In this document: one piece after another, positions 38,788 to 50,230 of the stretch
How positions within the stretch are numbered: position 1 is the first letter of the stretch
Layout of the letters: each line of letters opens with the position of its first letter
Source of the DNA: Porphyridium purpureum
Lineage: Eukaryota
Reading direction: 5' to 3'
DNA: 64,000 nt
NCBI GenBank assembly: GCA_008690995.1
Contig: VRMN01000002.1
Location: forward strand, 2,232,001 to 2,296,000
Program-made: the position numbers and the translations under genes
The notes under the pieces: generated by a model
What the model was told of the DNA's origin: nothing
Seen by the model: the letters and a program-made list of their open reading frames with translations, nothing else
Database searches by the model: none

Positions 38788-40221
38788 TTATTTCGGCCCT
38801 TGCATGCCCTCGATGGGAATCGAACTGGAGCCTCCGAGCTTTTCAATGTCTCCAAAGATCAAACTGCCGGACAGCAACAGAAACACGAGCAGCGCGGTCT
38901 GGTTAATTGTGTTCTGCACCTTCTGAGGCACTGGGCGACCAGAAAGGCCTTCGGCAAGGATAAATGCCATCTGCCCACCGTCAAGCGCCGGGAGCGGGAG
39001 CGCGTTGATGATCGCGAGATTGAGCGAAATGACGGCGCAAAAGTAGAACAGTGCGGACGCGTCTGTTCTTGCAATTTCAGCACCCATCGAAACAACCCCA
39101 ATGGGTCCAGACACGCTACTCACACCACCGCCGCTGGCGTTGTTCGCACCACCAAAGTTGAATGTGCTGCTCGCAATGCGCGACAGCCCCGTCCAAGTCT
39201 GGGTTCCTAGCCGCGAAAACTCCGAGTTTGTCATGCTTAGCGCGCTGAGCACCGAGTTGGGTAGCCTCTTGGTCACGACAGCGTTCGAAGACAGCTGGAG
39301 GCCTATTTTCGCGTCACCGTCAGGCGTGCGCCGCGGCTGCACTTGGAGATCAAACGTATTTTCCCCGCGCCGAACTGTCATGGACAGCAAGTCCGTTCGG
39401 CTGGTGCGGATTCGGTTGGCCGCAACCGACGCGCTGTCCTGAGCGCGATCGATAGGAAGGCCATTGATGGAAAGCACGACGTCGTTCTTCAAAAGTCCGG
39501 CGCGCGCGCCTGGCCCAGAAGGATCGGCAAGCTGAGAGATAACCACGCCCGGCTGGTACTCAAAGCTCGGGACGCCGTTGAGCGTGACACCGCCAAAGAT
39601 GGTGACGTATGCGAGGGCGAGGTTAGCAAGCACTCCGGCCGAGACCACAATGGCGCGGTCACGCACGGGCCGGTTTTGCAGCAGATTCGGGTCATCGAGC
39701 TTGACCTCCTCCCCTGTTACCTCGTCGATCTCGGACGCTTCGGGAAACGCCACAAAGCCTCCCAAAGGAAAAAGGCGAAGGGTGAATTGGGTCTCCTGGT
39801 TCGGTGGCTTGTACGCGAGCAGCTTGGGTCCAAAGCCAACCGAAAAATCCTTGACGCGGATGCCTTGCAGCCGCGCGGCGAAAAAGTGGCCAGCCTCGTG
39901 CACGACGATGATGAATGCCAGAATGCCGAGCCCGACGGCCGTGGGCGCGAAACTCGAGAGGCCCGACGCCACCAGCTCCGCGGTCTGCGCGAGCGGCGCG
40001 GCGGCACTCATCACGCACGTGTTCTGGCGCCTGGTGCCCCGCCCAAGACCGCGCCGACAGTTCACACGTGATCCACTTGCCGGCGCTGCCGAAGCACGCC
40101 AGCGCGTCCGCGCAGCGCCACTGTTTGCGGCAGGCGCGCGCCAGCCGCGCCGTGCCACCCGCTGGCATGGAAACTCGCCGCGTGGCGCGTTCCGCACGGC
40201 GCCACGGGCGCCAACACCCAT
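38788..40221 (-). CDS. rseP: Plastid M50 site-2 zinc metalloprotease with PDZ domain (RseP/ARASP-like)
   Basis: HEAGH zinc motif, FSVGFGP, PLGGFV, PDZ segment, SGPIG, NALPLPALDGG; Arg/Ala-rich transit peptide. Confidence 0.92.
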   Translation of the reverse strand: MGVGARGAVRNAPRGEFPCQRVARRGWRAPAANSGAARTRWRASAAPASGSRVNCRRGLGRGTRRQNTCVMSAAAPLAQTAELVASGLSSFAPTAVGLGILAFIIVVHEAGHFFAARLQGIRVKDFSVGFGPKLLAYKPPNQETQFTLRLFPLGGFVAFPEASEIDEVTGEEVKLDDPNLLQNRPVRDRAIVVSAGVLANLALAYVTIFGGVTLNGVPSFEYQPGVVISQLADPSGPGARAGLLKNDVVLSINGLPIDRAQDSASVAANRIRTSRTDLLSMTVRRGENTFDLQVQPRRTPDGDAKIGLQLSSNAVVTKRLPNSVLSALSMTNSEFSRLGTQTWTGLSRIASSTFNFGGANNASGGGVSSVSGPIGVVSMGAEIARTDASALFYFCAVISLNLAIINALPLPALDGGQMAFILAEGLSGRPVPQKVQNTINQTALLVFLLLSGSLIFGDIEKLGGSSSIPIEGMQGPK

Positions 40222-40971
40222 CCTACAGACGCCGACATAACCCCCGCATTCTCACGTTGCTGCCCAAACCCCATCATCACCCTCACAACCACGTCGGCCC
40301 TTGCTGTCCTCCACCGCCTTCCCCACCTCTCCCTTACTCTCTCTATCCACCTCCCCACAAACCTCGAACCTCCTACCTTTTCCCTCCCTCCACCGCGGCC
40401 GCGAAACCCTACACCTTATTCGACTCGATAAACCATCAGAAATGCTTATTGCGTCTATCAGATTGCGCCAGCTTTACAGATCAGTACTTACCGGCTCAAC
40501 CGGTTACGTGTAAGCCGCGAACCGCGAGCCGGGAATGCGGCGTGGGTGCGGCTGTCGCTCGGTGAACGCCAGGAAGGCGTCCAACACACGCCGCGCGCGG
40601 ATGCGCAGCTGACCGCCGCACGAAGCTGCTCGGAACGCGCGGCCTCGGCAATCTTCATCGTGGAGCGGGGAACGCGCCGCACTGCGGACGGCGTGACGTT
40701 GCTCCTGTCGCGGCGCGAGAGAGCGTTCCACGCATGCCGCGAATGGACGCGCAGAGGTACAGTGCTGCACTGTACCGAAAGCTGTACTTGGAGGTACAGC
40801 TGACGGTACAGCTGGCGCGGGCTGGAAACCGGCGGGGCGCTGGCGCGTGTGCGAAACGGAATCTTTGGGTGGAAAGGGAGGCTGTGGGGCTGAGCGCGAG
40901 GGGTTTGGGAGAAGGCAGTACGTGTGGAGAAGGCGGCGCAGACGGTGGGTGAAGCGATCTAGCAGGGCAGA

Positions 40972-41295
40972 ATGGGCGTCATCGTGGTCGAGTCCGAAGC
41001 GCAGTGGGAGCAGCTGATGGCCCAGTCTGCCGAAAAGCTCGTCATGGTCGACTTTTTCGCGGTGTGGTGCGGCCCGTGTAAGGTGATCGCGCCGGTGATC
41101 GAGGCCATGTCAAATGAGCACACGGACGTCGTCTTTGCCAAGGTCGACGTCGACGAGCTCAGCGCGCTGGCGCAGAAAAATGGAATCTCCGCGATGCCCA
41201 CCTTTATTTGCTTCAAGAATGGAAAGGAGGTCGCGCAGGTGCGAGGTGCCAATAAGCCCGGAATCGAGGACATGGTCAAGAAGAACAAGTTCTGA
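40972..41295 (+). CDS. trx: Thioredoxin
   Basis: VDFFAVWCGPCK, FAKVDVDE, MPTF. Confidence 0.95.
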   Translation: MGVIVVESEAQWEQLMAQSAEKLVMVDFFAVWCGPCKVIAPVIEAMSNEHTDVVFAKVDVDELSALAQKNGISAMPTFICFKNGKEVAQVRGANKPGIEDMVKKNKF

Positions 41296-41882
41296 GCTAC
41301 GGCCTCGCGCGCGCACGCGCACTGCCTCGTTCTGCGCCTTGGGCCGCGAGCGTGCATGATTGTATGAGACACTAATACCGTACCGGCCGATCTCACGCGG
41401 GTCGTGATGCTTGGTTCGATAAATCAATAGTCTTTTTCCCATGGCGTATGGGTTGATTCTTATCATACGACCAGAGGCTAGTTCTAGATCTCTGCCCGCC
41501 CGGTCGGCCATGGTCGGTCGATCAGCTCCACGTGACGCTGTGACAACGCGGCTTTCCCCGCCAGCACGCGTTCCGCGGAACGCGCCTCGACACAATTAGG
41601 GTTTTTCTCGCCCGGATTTCTGCGCCGAAATTCGACGGGTGCGACGCTGGACAGAGAAACGCGGAGTAGCGGAAGGGACCGAGGTATTGAGCCGGCCTGC
41701 TCGACGAGGGAACGGCCACAGTCACCCCACAGACACACACGTATAAAAGCACAACTGCGCGCGCGAGAGGACGAGGTGGACGCAAGTAGAGCGCGCAGTG
41801 AGCGGGAGGTGAGAAAGGAAAAAAAAAAAAGAGGACGACAAGAGGAGCGCTTGTCGAGAAGGCTCGAACAGGAGACAGCAGC

Positions 41883-42347
41883 ATGGGAGTCATTCACGTC
41901 AAGTCGGACGAAGAGTTCCGAGAGCTGCTGAAGCAGTCGTCGGAAAAGCTGTTGGTCGTAGATTGGTTTGCAACGTGGTGCGGGCCGTGCAAGGCAGTGG
42001 CGCCGGCGTTGGAGAAGATGGCGCAGAGCACGCCGGACGTGGTGTTCGCCAAGGTCGACGTCGACGCTCTGTCGGGATTGGCAAAAGAATTCGAAATCTC
42101 TGCGATGCCCACGTTTGACGCGTTCAAGGACGGCAAGAGCGTGGAGCGCGTGCGCGGCGCGGACGTGGCCGCGGTGACGCGCATGGTGGACAACCACAAG
42201 TTTGCGCCTGCGGCGCCTCTGCACCGCGACACAGTCACCAACAAGCAGCTGCTCACAGTGCTGCGCAAGCACCAAATCGACACGCGCGGCTACCTGGAGC
42301 GCTCGGAGCTGCTCGCGCTTGCCATCGAACACCATCTCGTCGAGTAG
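41883..42347 (+). CDS. trx: Thioredoxin with C-terminal helical extension
   Basis: VDWFATWCGPCK, MPTF, plus ~45-aa tail NKQLLTVLRKHQIDTRGYLERSELLALA. Confidence 0.93.
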   Translation: MGVIHVKSDEEFRELLKQSSEKLLVVDWFATWCGPCKAVAPALEKMAQSTPDVVFAKVDVDALSGLAKEFEISAMPTFDAFKDGKSVERVRGADVAAVTRMVDNHKFAPAAPLHRDTVTNKQLLTVLRKHQIDTRGYLERSELLALAIEHHLVE

Positions 42348-42773
42348 CAGCAGCACATTCCCACCTCCGGCTCACGGTCGCAACAGATTTCCTTCACAAC
42401 ACCACTGAACCCCCCGCGCTGTACATGTTAATAAAGGCGCCGAATCTTGTCGATATTTATTCCCTTTTTTATATTAAAAATGGGGAACCGAAACTGATAA
42501 ACCGAAAAGCGCGCGCACGCGTGCGCAGCGGGGCGTCCGATTTGTGTCGCGTCGCGCGGATGTTTGCGTGACCGTGGCTGCGTGACATAGCTATCGAGGG
42601 ACAAGGCGCCGCAGCGACGTCGGAGTAGGAGGAAAGCGCTCGTAACGCTGCGCCGCGCGGAAATTGCGACTCTCCGCGCCGTAACGAACGGCCGTGCCCG
42701 CGCGTAGGAACGGGCTCGCGGCTTGAGCGGAGCTTGCTTGCACTGCACTGCGGTCTCACATTGGCAACGCAAT

Positions 42774-45700
42774 ATGGGCGTGCCCAAGTTTTACCGCTGG
42801 ATAGCGGAGCGGTATCCGCTCATCACGCGCGACATCAAGAACGGCGAGGCAACGCCTGTGATTGATAATCTGTATCTCGATATGAACGGGATCATCCACA
42901 ACTGCGCGCGGCCCGAGGCCGCCACGGGAAGGAAACTCGAGCAGCACGATATTTTTCTGGCCGTGTTTCGGTACCTAGAAATGCTGTTTGCTCTGACCAC
43001 GCCGCGCAAGGTGCTGTACATGGCAATCGATGGTGTCGCGCCTCGCGCAAAGATGAACCAACAGCGCTCCCGCCGCTTCCGCTCCGCGCAGGAGCGCGCC
43101 GAGGAGTTTGCGAGGCTCATCAAAATTGGTGAAATCGAGCCGGATGCGCAGCAGACCGCAGAAATCTTCGACTCGAACTGCATCACGCCGGGCACAAAGT
43201 TTATGACCGAGCTCACTGAGGCACTCCGTTACTTTGTCGCCAAGAAAGTCAGCGAGGATCGCGCGTGGGCGCGCATCGAGGTGATCTTGTCCGGCGCCGA
43301 GGCGCCCGGTGAAGGTGAACACAAGATCATGGAGTATATTCGGCACTGCAAGGCAGCGGGAGAGCTAGACGCCAATACCGCACACTGCCTGTACGGACTC
43401 GACGCCGACCTCATCATGCTTTCCCTGGTCACACATGAGCCAAACTTCGTGCTGCTGCGCGAAAAGGTCGAGTTCAAGCCGCCGCGCAAGACGTCACGCA
43501 AGCTTGTCATCGAGTCGCCTATCCAGTCGCTGGTTTACGGCGAGTTTCAGTTCCTTTCCATCGGGCTGCTGCGCGAATATCTTTGGCTTGAGTTTGGTGA
43601 TGTGCGCGCGCAGATGCCAGACGTCGAGCTCGAGCGTGTGGTGGACGATTTCGTGTTCATGTGCTTCCTCGTTGGTAACGATTTTTTGCCACACATTCCG
43701 TCGCTCGACATCAAAGAGGGCGCTTTGGGTGTAATCATGCGGCTCTACAAGCACCTGCTTCCGCGCTTTGGAACATACCTAACGGACTGCGGCACGATCA
43801 ACTGGGATATGTTCGAGATTTTTGTGACCCGGCTCGGCCTGCTGGAAGCCAAGGTGATTGCCGGTCGCAGTGGCCAACGCGGCGGAGGCAAAGGGCGCGG
43901 TGCGCGTGGAGGATTTGGTGGTCGCGGTGGTCAACCTTTGACATTAGACGACCAAAAGCATAGCGCGCAACACGATGCGATGTGGGGCTTCCTTCCTTTA
44001 TCCGTTGCGCCGTCCAAGAAACTCAACCCGTTCGAGAATGAGGACGAAGACGACGAAGACGACGAGCTCGAAATGAACAGCGTGACAGGAAGTATCACGG
44101 ACGACGCGGATATTGACAATGCATCCGCAGCGCGCGCGGACATGGACGCAGACACGCAGCGTCCGCTGTTGTGGAACGAGGAGCAGCTTGCGAGCGAATT
44201 AGCCGAAGCCACCGAGGCATCGGCGCGAGATGACGGCTTTCAGACACGAAAGCGCGAGTATTACAAATCGAAGCTCGATTTTGATAGCGACAGCGAGACG
44301 GGACAGGCACAGATCACTGCGCTCAAGCGTTCGTTCATCGAGGGAATCCAGTGGGTGCTGTCCTACTACTTTGAGGGTGTCATCTCGTGGCGCTGGTTTT
44401 ACCCGTATCACTATGCGCCGTGGGCGTCGGACTTGGTCGGTCTAGCCTCCCTCGCGAAGCAGATTAGCTTTCCGGAGGGCCCGCCGTTCTTACCCCTCCA
44501 GCAACTGCTGTCTGTACTTCCAGCAGCGTCGGCGTGGTGCTTGCCCAAGCCCTATCAGAATCTCATTACGGACCCAAGCTCGCCGCTGGCCGATTTTTTT
44601 CCGGCATCGTTCGCCATTGATATGAACGGTAAAAAGAACACATGGGAGGCCGTGGTTCTCTTGCCCTTCATCGATGAGCAGCGGCTTGTACAAGCCACCG
44701 AAGGCATCGATGCCCACGCAGGATTGACCGAAGCTGAGCGCGCGCGTAATATGATGGGTGTCGCGAAACTGTGTTGCCGTGTCTCGTCGAATGCTGGTGG
44801 GCTTGACCCGTCCGTCATTGCGGTTACATCGGCGTTCGCAAACGTGCTCCCTCCTATCCAAGTCAATCGCTGCAAAGAGCGCGACTTTGTCCTACCTACA
44901 GCAAGCGCTTCATCGGGCGCTGGTGTTGGCCGCGTGTGTTTTGGCGGCCGACTGGCTGAAGGTTACGTGCCCGTGCATCAACTCGACGCCGTGTGTTTTT
45001 CGGACCACCCATCTCTGAAGCGGCGCCCATTCACGAGTCGCAAGGCTTTCGCGCAGATCAACCTGTTCGGGATGCCCAGCCGGGGCGAGAGTGTAGTTAT
45101 CCAGCTGGGTGATGACGCGTGGCATGCACCAGACTATGACGCTCCTCCGCAAGCGCTGAACGGTGGCGGCATGGACATCATGGACAGTACTACAAACGGT
45201 GGGATGAAAGGCGCGGGCAACGGACCCAGTGTTCAAAATGGTCTTTTTGCATGGGAACACAGTGCCGAGGCAGCCGTCGCGCATGGCATTGCGCCCGGTG
45301 AGATTGTTGTCGCCAGTTACCCATGGCGTGCTCTGGCAAAAGTGATCAGCGTTCGTGACTATGACCGCGAGTACGTGCTCGAGCCCACGGGCAAGGATGG
45401 AGCCGACACAGTTCGAATGATTCCGTCGCTTGCCGAGTCGGAAGATACAAGACTTGACTCCGGTGGGGCGGGCTTCAAGGCGAAGAGCGCCCTTAAGCAG
45501 GGTGGTGCCACGAATCATCGCGGAGAAGAGTTTGACACGCTGTCGATGCAGCTTGCGGACGCATTTATGACCCAGCGCGGGCTGTCGTTCGGCCCGCCTT
45601 TGGTGACGGTTGACGTTGTATTTGCAAATTCACGTGACCCGGCGACGCGCGAGGCCCGCTCGTTTGAACCTGTTTCGGCGGCTGGAGCGGTCACGAAATT

Positions 45701-48179
45701 GCCCGTGCAGCTTGTGGCCAAGAAGCCGCCTCCGCAGACGCCGGCGGTGTCTGCCCTTGCGAACGGGTCGAGAGCACGACAGATGAGCGTACTGGATACA
45801 CGAGGCGTCCTTCCAGGCGATTACGTGCTATGTTTGAGCAACGGCCCCTTTTACGGATGTCGCGGCGAAATCATGGCCGAGTCCGAAAAGTCGGACAAGC
45901 CGGGTAAGGCTCATCACGGGCGCAAAAATCTCGCGACCGCTGACGAAGCAATGCTGAGACTGCACTTTGACGTGCCCCAGTTTCTAGCGCGTGAGTTTAG
46001 CTTTGCGCGCCAGGTTGTTGCAGCTGAGTGTAATCCACGGTCTGCGCAGACTGTGGCTGCGGTGGCCCGCACGCTTGGCGTGTCCCCCAAGCTCGTGTCA
46101 CGGCTTCTGGGCTCCGCAGTGGTGTCATGGCCGCCGCCGCGTGTGGGAGAGGACTTGGACGTGGGCCTGGGCGTTCGCTTTGTAGGCAAGAATCTTGTGG
46201 TACCGGGGTACTGCAAAATGGTGAACAATCAAATCATGTGCCTCCCGCCGGTCGTGTACGCGCTCAAGGAATACATCACGCACTTTGATGAGCTCGTTCG
46301 AGCTGTAGAAGCCACAGAGGACACCTCGGGCAGTGGAGCACCAGCGAACATGGACTGGCGCCTCATCTCACCAGACGAGAAGGTTGCAACGGCCGTGCTC
46401 AAGGGTGTCAAAGGATGGTTAGCCAGACTAGGCGTGAGTAAGCTGCCTATGGTTGCAGCTTCCAGTGATGTGGTGTCACGGCACGGCGTGCGGCTTCTGG
46501 AAAAGAATGTGCAAATGTGGAAGACGCACGTGCAGAACATCCAGGACCAGCTTGAGGCCAAAACGTACAAGCTTCGCCTCACACCCGATCAGCGCAGCCA
46601 GGAGCTGACGGTTACGTCGAAGCGCGTGCTCTTTGGTAACGAGTCTGACGCGGAGATCCTTGCCATGCTGGGTCGCGCACCGTCGGTTCAGGTCGGCGAC
46701 CGGGTGGTGAATCGCCTGTCCAGCGGGTACGCTGTACCTCTCGGACTGCGCGGCACCGTGATTGGCGTGCGTGGCGTGACGGCTGGTTCCGCGTCCGGCG
46801 GTCGAAACGACTCGAACGTTGAAGTTGTATTTGACGAGGCATTTTTGGGCGGCAACGACCTGCACGGCCGTTGCGCGCCTTGCCGCGGGGCTGCGGTTGC
46901 CGAATCATCGCTCATTCGTATCGCACCCATCACCAAATCGCTCGAGGATGAGCTGCGTGTCCGCATTGAGCTCGACCCGGATGAGGACTTTAAGGAGCGG
47001 AATACGTATCTCGCAGCGGTTCGTGATTCGATCGCGCGATTGCGACAAGAGGCCAGCCGTGCCCGTGCCCGTCAGGCCAGTGGAGCAAGCTCGACTGCGG
47101 CTGCTCGCAGCACGGCCGATAGGCGGACGACACCGGCGGAAGTTTCACCGTTTGTGGATCCAGGACAACTGCCGATGCCCTCGATGTTCATGACAGGCGG
47201 GATCTCGGCACCACCGCCGGGCGGGATGATGCCACCGCACCCACAGTTTTACGTCCCGGGCACGGTGCCGTCGATTGAATCTATTGAATCGAGTATGCTG
47301 GCAGGACACCGTGCTCCACCGTCGACCGTGCCTTCGGCACCACGTGTGGTACCCTATGTCGGTGGCCCGAATGCGATGATGACGGGCATGGTAATGCCGC
47401 CCTCGGCTGTGACCATGACGGCTTCCGAGTTGGAGCGTATGAGTCTTAATCCGCCCCCGCCCCATCAGGCGCCGCCGGCGGCGGCCTTGCCGCTGTCCTC
47501 GTCGCCGCCTGTGCCAAGAGATACACATGCCGATGAAGCTGCTGCCAGTACCTTGATGGCGATGCTCAATCCTCAACAGACACAGCTTGAGCGCGATCGA
47601 GTTCAAGGCAAGAGCGCTCCCGTGGCGGAGAGCGCAAAAGTGGCACCCGGAATAATGCAAACCTTTCTGTCCGCTCTGCAGGATGATTCTTCGGCCGGAC
47701 CAGCAGACGGAGAACGTAAGAGTGACTTGGCCGGTGCCGCTGTTGCGAAGCAAATCGCTGCGCCTGCCCAGGACGGATCTGGGAGGACGAAGAAAAAGGA
47801 AAAGGGTGAGAAGAAGAACGAGTCCACGGCGGGTGCCGGAGCAAAGAAGGCGGTCGGAGCTGAAACGGAGCCGAGCGCAGTCGGGTCCGGAAGCGCTTCG
47901 ACTAGAACGAAAGTGTCGTCGCGCGGTGTAGACAGAAACCCGAAAAGGCCGCAGACGTCGCCGAGCACTGCAGGAGCGGGTTCTGGAACGGGGTCGAATG
48001 CGCCGAAAGTCACTGTGAAACCGGAAACCGGACAGAAGAAGAGTACAGCACCGGCGCGTAGTACAAAGAAGAAGCAAGGCACCCCTGCGACATCTTCTGC
48101 TGGCAGTGCTGGCGTCGATGCTCGCGTCGACTTGGACGACGAAGCAAATCTGTGGCAGTCCATGCAGGGATCCCGGTAG
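42774..48179 (+). CDS. XRN1: 5'-3' exoribonuclease 1
   Basis: MGVPKFYRW, DNLYLDMNGIIH, DGVAPRAKMNQQRSRRF, DSNCITPGT, GEGEHKI, GLDADLIML, GNDFLP; XRN1-type C-terminal SH3-like GDRVVN..VPLGLRGTVIG. Confidence 0.95.
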   Translation: MGVPKFYRWIAERYPLITRDIKNGEATPVIDNLYLDMNGIIHNCARPEAATGRKLEQHDIFLAVFRYLEMLFALTTPRKVLYMAIDGVAPRAKMNQQRSRRFRSAQERAEEFARLIKIGEIEPDAQQTAEIFDSNCITPGTKFMTELTEALRYFVAKKVSEDRAWARIEVILSGAEAPGEGEHKIMEYIRHCKAAGELDANTAHCLYGLDADLIMLSLVTHEPNFVLLREKVEFKPPRKTSRKLVIESPIQSLVYGEFQFLSIGLLREYLWLEFGDVRAQMPDVELERVVDDFVFMCFLVGNDFLPHIPSLDIKEGALGVIMRLYKHLLPRFGTYLTDCGTINWDMFEIFVTRLGLLEAKVIAGRSGQRGGGKGRGARGGFGGRGGQPLTLDDQKHSAQHDAMWGFLPLSVAPSKKLNPFENEDEDDEDDELEMNSVTGSITDDADIDNASAARADMDADTQRPLLWNEEQLASELAEATEASARDDGFQTRKREYYKSKLDFDSDSETGQAQITALKRSFIEGIQWVLSYYFEGVISWRWFYPYHYAPWASDLVGLASLAKQISFPEGPPFLPLQQLLSVLPAASAWCLPKPYQNLITDPSSPLADFFPASFAIDMNGKKNTWEAVVLLPFIDEQRLVQATEGIDAHAGLTEAERARNMMGVAKLCCRVSSNAGGLDPSVIAVTSAFANVLPPIQVNRCKERDFVLPTASASSGAGVGRVCFGGRLAEGYVPVHQLDAVCFSDHPSLKRRPFTSRKAFAQINLFGMPSRGESVVIQLGDDAWHAPDYDAPPQALNGGGMDIMDSTTNGGMKGAGNGPSVQNGLFAWEHSAEAAVAHGIAPGEIVVASYPWRALAKVISVRDYDREYVLEPTGKDGADTVRMIPSLAESEDTRLDSGGAGFKAKSALKQGGATNHRGEEFDTLSMQLADAFMTQRGLSFGPPLVTVDVVFANSRDPATREARSFEPVSAAGAVTKLPVQLVAKKPPPQTPAVSALANGSRARQMSVLDTRGVLPGDYVLCLSNGPFYGCRGEIMAESEKSDKPGKAHHGRKNLATADEAMLRLHFDVPQFLAREFSFARQVVAAECNPRSAQTVAAVARTLGVSPKLVSRLLGSAVVSWPPPRVGEDLDVGLGVRFVGKNLVVPGYCKMVNNQIMCLPPVVYALKEYITHFDELVRAVEATEDTSGSGAPANMDWRLISPDEKVATAVLKGVKGWLARLGVSKLPMVAASSDVVSRHGVRLLEKNVQMWKTHVQNIQDQLEAKTYKLRLTPDQRSQELTVTSKRVLFGNESDAEILAMLGRAPSVQVGDRVVNRLSSGYAVPLGLRGTVIGVRGVTAGSASGGRNDSNVEVVFDEAFLGGNDLHGRCAPCRGAAVAESSLIRIAPITKSLEDELRVRIELDPDEDFKERNTYLAAVRDSIARLRQEASRARARQASGASSTAAARSTADRRTTPAEVSPFVDPGQLPMPSMFMTGGISAPPPGGMMPPHPQFYVPGTVPSIESIESSMLAGHRAPPSTVPSAPRVVPYVGGPNAMMTGMVMPPSAVTMTASELERMSLNPPPPHQAPPAAALPLSSSPPVPRDTHADEAAASTLMAMLNPQQTQLERDRVQGKSAPVAESAKVAPGIMQTFLSALQDDSSAGPADGERKSDLAGAAVAKQIAAPAQDGSGRTKKKEKGEKKNESTAGAGAKKAVGAETEPSAVGSGSASTRTKVSSRGVDRNPKRPQTSPSTAGAGSGTGSNAPKVTVKPETGQKKSTAPARSTKKKQGTPATSSAGSAGVDARVDLDDEANLWQSMQGSR

Positions 48180-48899
48180 GTGCCTGTACGTTAGGCCGCC
48201 TTGTGTTGTCTAACACGAGACCTGCACATGCTCGTCGTCATGCGAAGGTGCAAGCACATGCATCACGTTTGCATGGAAAGGAATAAAAAGAGAAGAGGAG
48301 GAGGAGGTTACTATTGGTGTTATTCGTTCAGAGCTTGTAGGTGTTTCTGACTGTGGATCCTCGGATCGACGCAGGCATCCTTGTGGTCTAGAATTTGGCG
48401 AAAAACCCAGCACCTGCAGATCTCGAAAATCAAAGCGGCTTATCTTGCGCCTCGCAGCTGCGAGCGAACTCTTCTATATTTTCACCTGGCGCTCTCGGCG
48501 CACCGGTCCAATGAACACGTCTGTCCTGTGTATCCAATAAACGGAGGCGTCCGTCGCGGACACACCAACCCGCGCTCCGCACATGCAGCGCGCGCATCAG
48601 CTTTATCAGCGCCGTTGGGCATGGCTGCCAGGCTCTCAGACCCACCCACTCCGAATGATGGAGCCAAGCACCTGCAGACCAAGCAGCCCGAGCGCTCGCC
48701 TCTCGCAACACGCGAGGTCGCGCCCCAAACTTTCCGAAACAGCGCGTGCTTGCGCCACGTGCGATGGACGCGGTACGCGCGCTCAGTTTGGAGTGGCCGA
48801 GAGGGGACGAAGAGCTGGGGGGGTGAAGAGGTGGGGGAAGAAGCGGGGGAAGGGAAGGAGGAGGCACGGAGGACAGGGCGCGAGGTGTGTGTGTGTGGG

Positions 48900-49655
48900 A
48901 TGGCGCCGAAGAAGGCCGCCGCCGCGGCGGGGAAGAAGGCGGACGACGCGACGACGGTGGTGGCAAAGTACATGGAGGCGCAGAACCGCCCGTTCAGCGT
49001 GCAGAATGTGGTGGACGCGCTGCAGAAGGACGGCGTGAAGAAGAAGGGCGTGGAGACCGCGCTCGCGGCGCTCGTGGAGGACGGCGCCGTCATGGTGAAG
49101 GAGTACGGCAAGGCGAAGATTTATCTGGCCGCGCAGCAGGCCATCGAGCTGCCGTCGCCAGAGGAGATGCACGCCATTGACGAGCAGATCAAGGCCAAGG
49201 ACGCCGAGCTCAAGGCGCTCGTGAAAAGCTCCGAGGAGCAGCACAGGGTGAACGCGGCGCTCAAGTCGCAGATGACTGAGCAGGAAGCGCGGCAGGAGCT
49301 GCTGAAGCTCGAGGCTGACGCGCATGACATGCATGCCAAACTCGATAAATTGGGCGACCCTGCGAATCTGATTTCGGCCGAGCAGATGCAGGCTGTGGGC
49401 GTCAAGTTGTTCAAGGCCAAGGCGCTGTGGAAGAAGCGCCGCAGGCAAGCTACGGATATTGTCGAGACTTTCTGCGAATCGATGAATAAGAAGCCTTCGG
49501 TGCTTTGTGAGGAGCTGTGCGTTGAGCGCGACGAGGATGTCGGCGTTGCTTTGCAGAACGTGCCGAACGGCGAAGACCCCACCAAGCTGAAAAGAAAAAG
49601 GGTATCAGAAACAGCAGAAAGCCATCACACATTCAAAAAAGTGTGCGCAGCTTGA
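48900..49655 (+). CDS. HOP2: Homologous-pairing protein HOP2 (TBPIP/PSMC3IP)
   Basis: YMEAQNRPFSVQNVVD.L, KEYGKAKIY..Q, coiled coil, WKKRRRQATDI. Confidence 0.9.
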   Translation: MAPKKAAAAAGKKADDATTVVAKYMEAQNRPFSVQNVVDALQKDGVKKKGVETALAALVEDGAVMVKEYGKAKIYLAAQQAIELPSPEEMHAIDEQIKAKDAELKALVKSSEEQHRVNAALKSQMTEQEARQELLKLEADAHDMHAKLDKLGDPANLISAEQMQAVGVKLFKAKALWKKRRRQATDIVETFCESMNKKPSVLCEELCVERDEDVGVALQNVPNGEDPTKLKRKRVSETAESHHTFKKVCAA

Positions 49656-50230
49656 ACGTGACGCTCTCGCATGCGCGTCAGTTCGGAATCGCAAAAAAGA
49701 AGGAAGAACCGCCCAGACACCATAGCTGGACTTTCGATTCCGTGTGGACCTTGCCCACAGGCACGCCTGAGCAATCTTGCGGGCACGAGCCGCGAACGTA
49801 GCGCATGTCATGAGCGATGAATCTGTGTCGTGCCCTGGCGGCATGTGAAGACACTATTGGATCAAGATACAGACCGCTTGTATAGTCAAAGACAGTCCGT
49901 GAATTACCAATCAATTGTTCTCGTTGGTGAAAACTGCAACTCATCCGCACCCTCTGCCACAAAGATATGAGAAAGCGACATCACGAAAATTATTTTTACA
50001 CGTGGCATTGCGACGGAATTCACTATCTTCAATCCTTACTTCTTACACAAGTGCACGCGATACACAGCTAGCCTCTCTTCTCGGGTGGCACCGAATAATG
50101 CACAAAATCTCAAGAGCCGTCCATCGACCCTTTGGAAAAGCCGCGGAGTTCAGACGCACAGCTCTGACTTTTTCCATCTTCGCCCGTGCCCTGGGCGCTA
50201 CAGGATCTGCATCCACACTTCGAACCCAGA

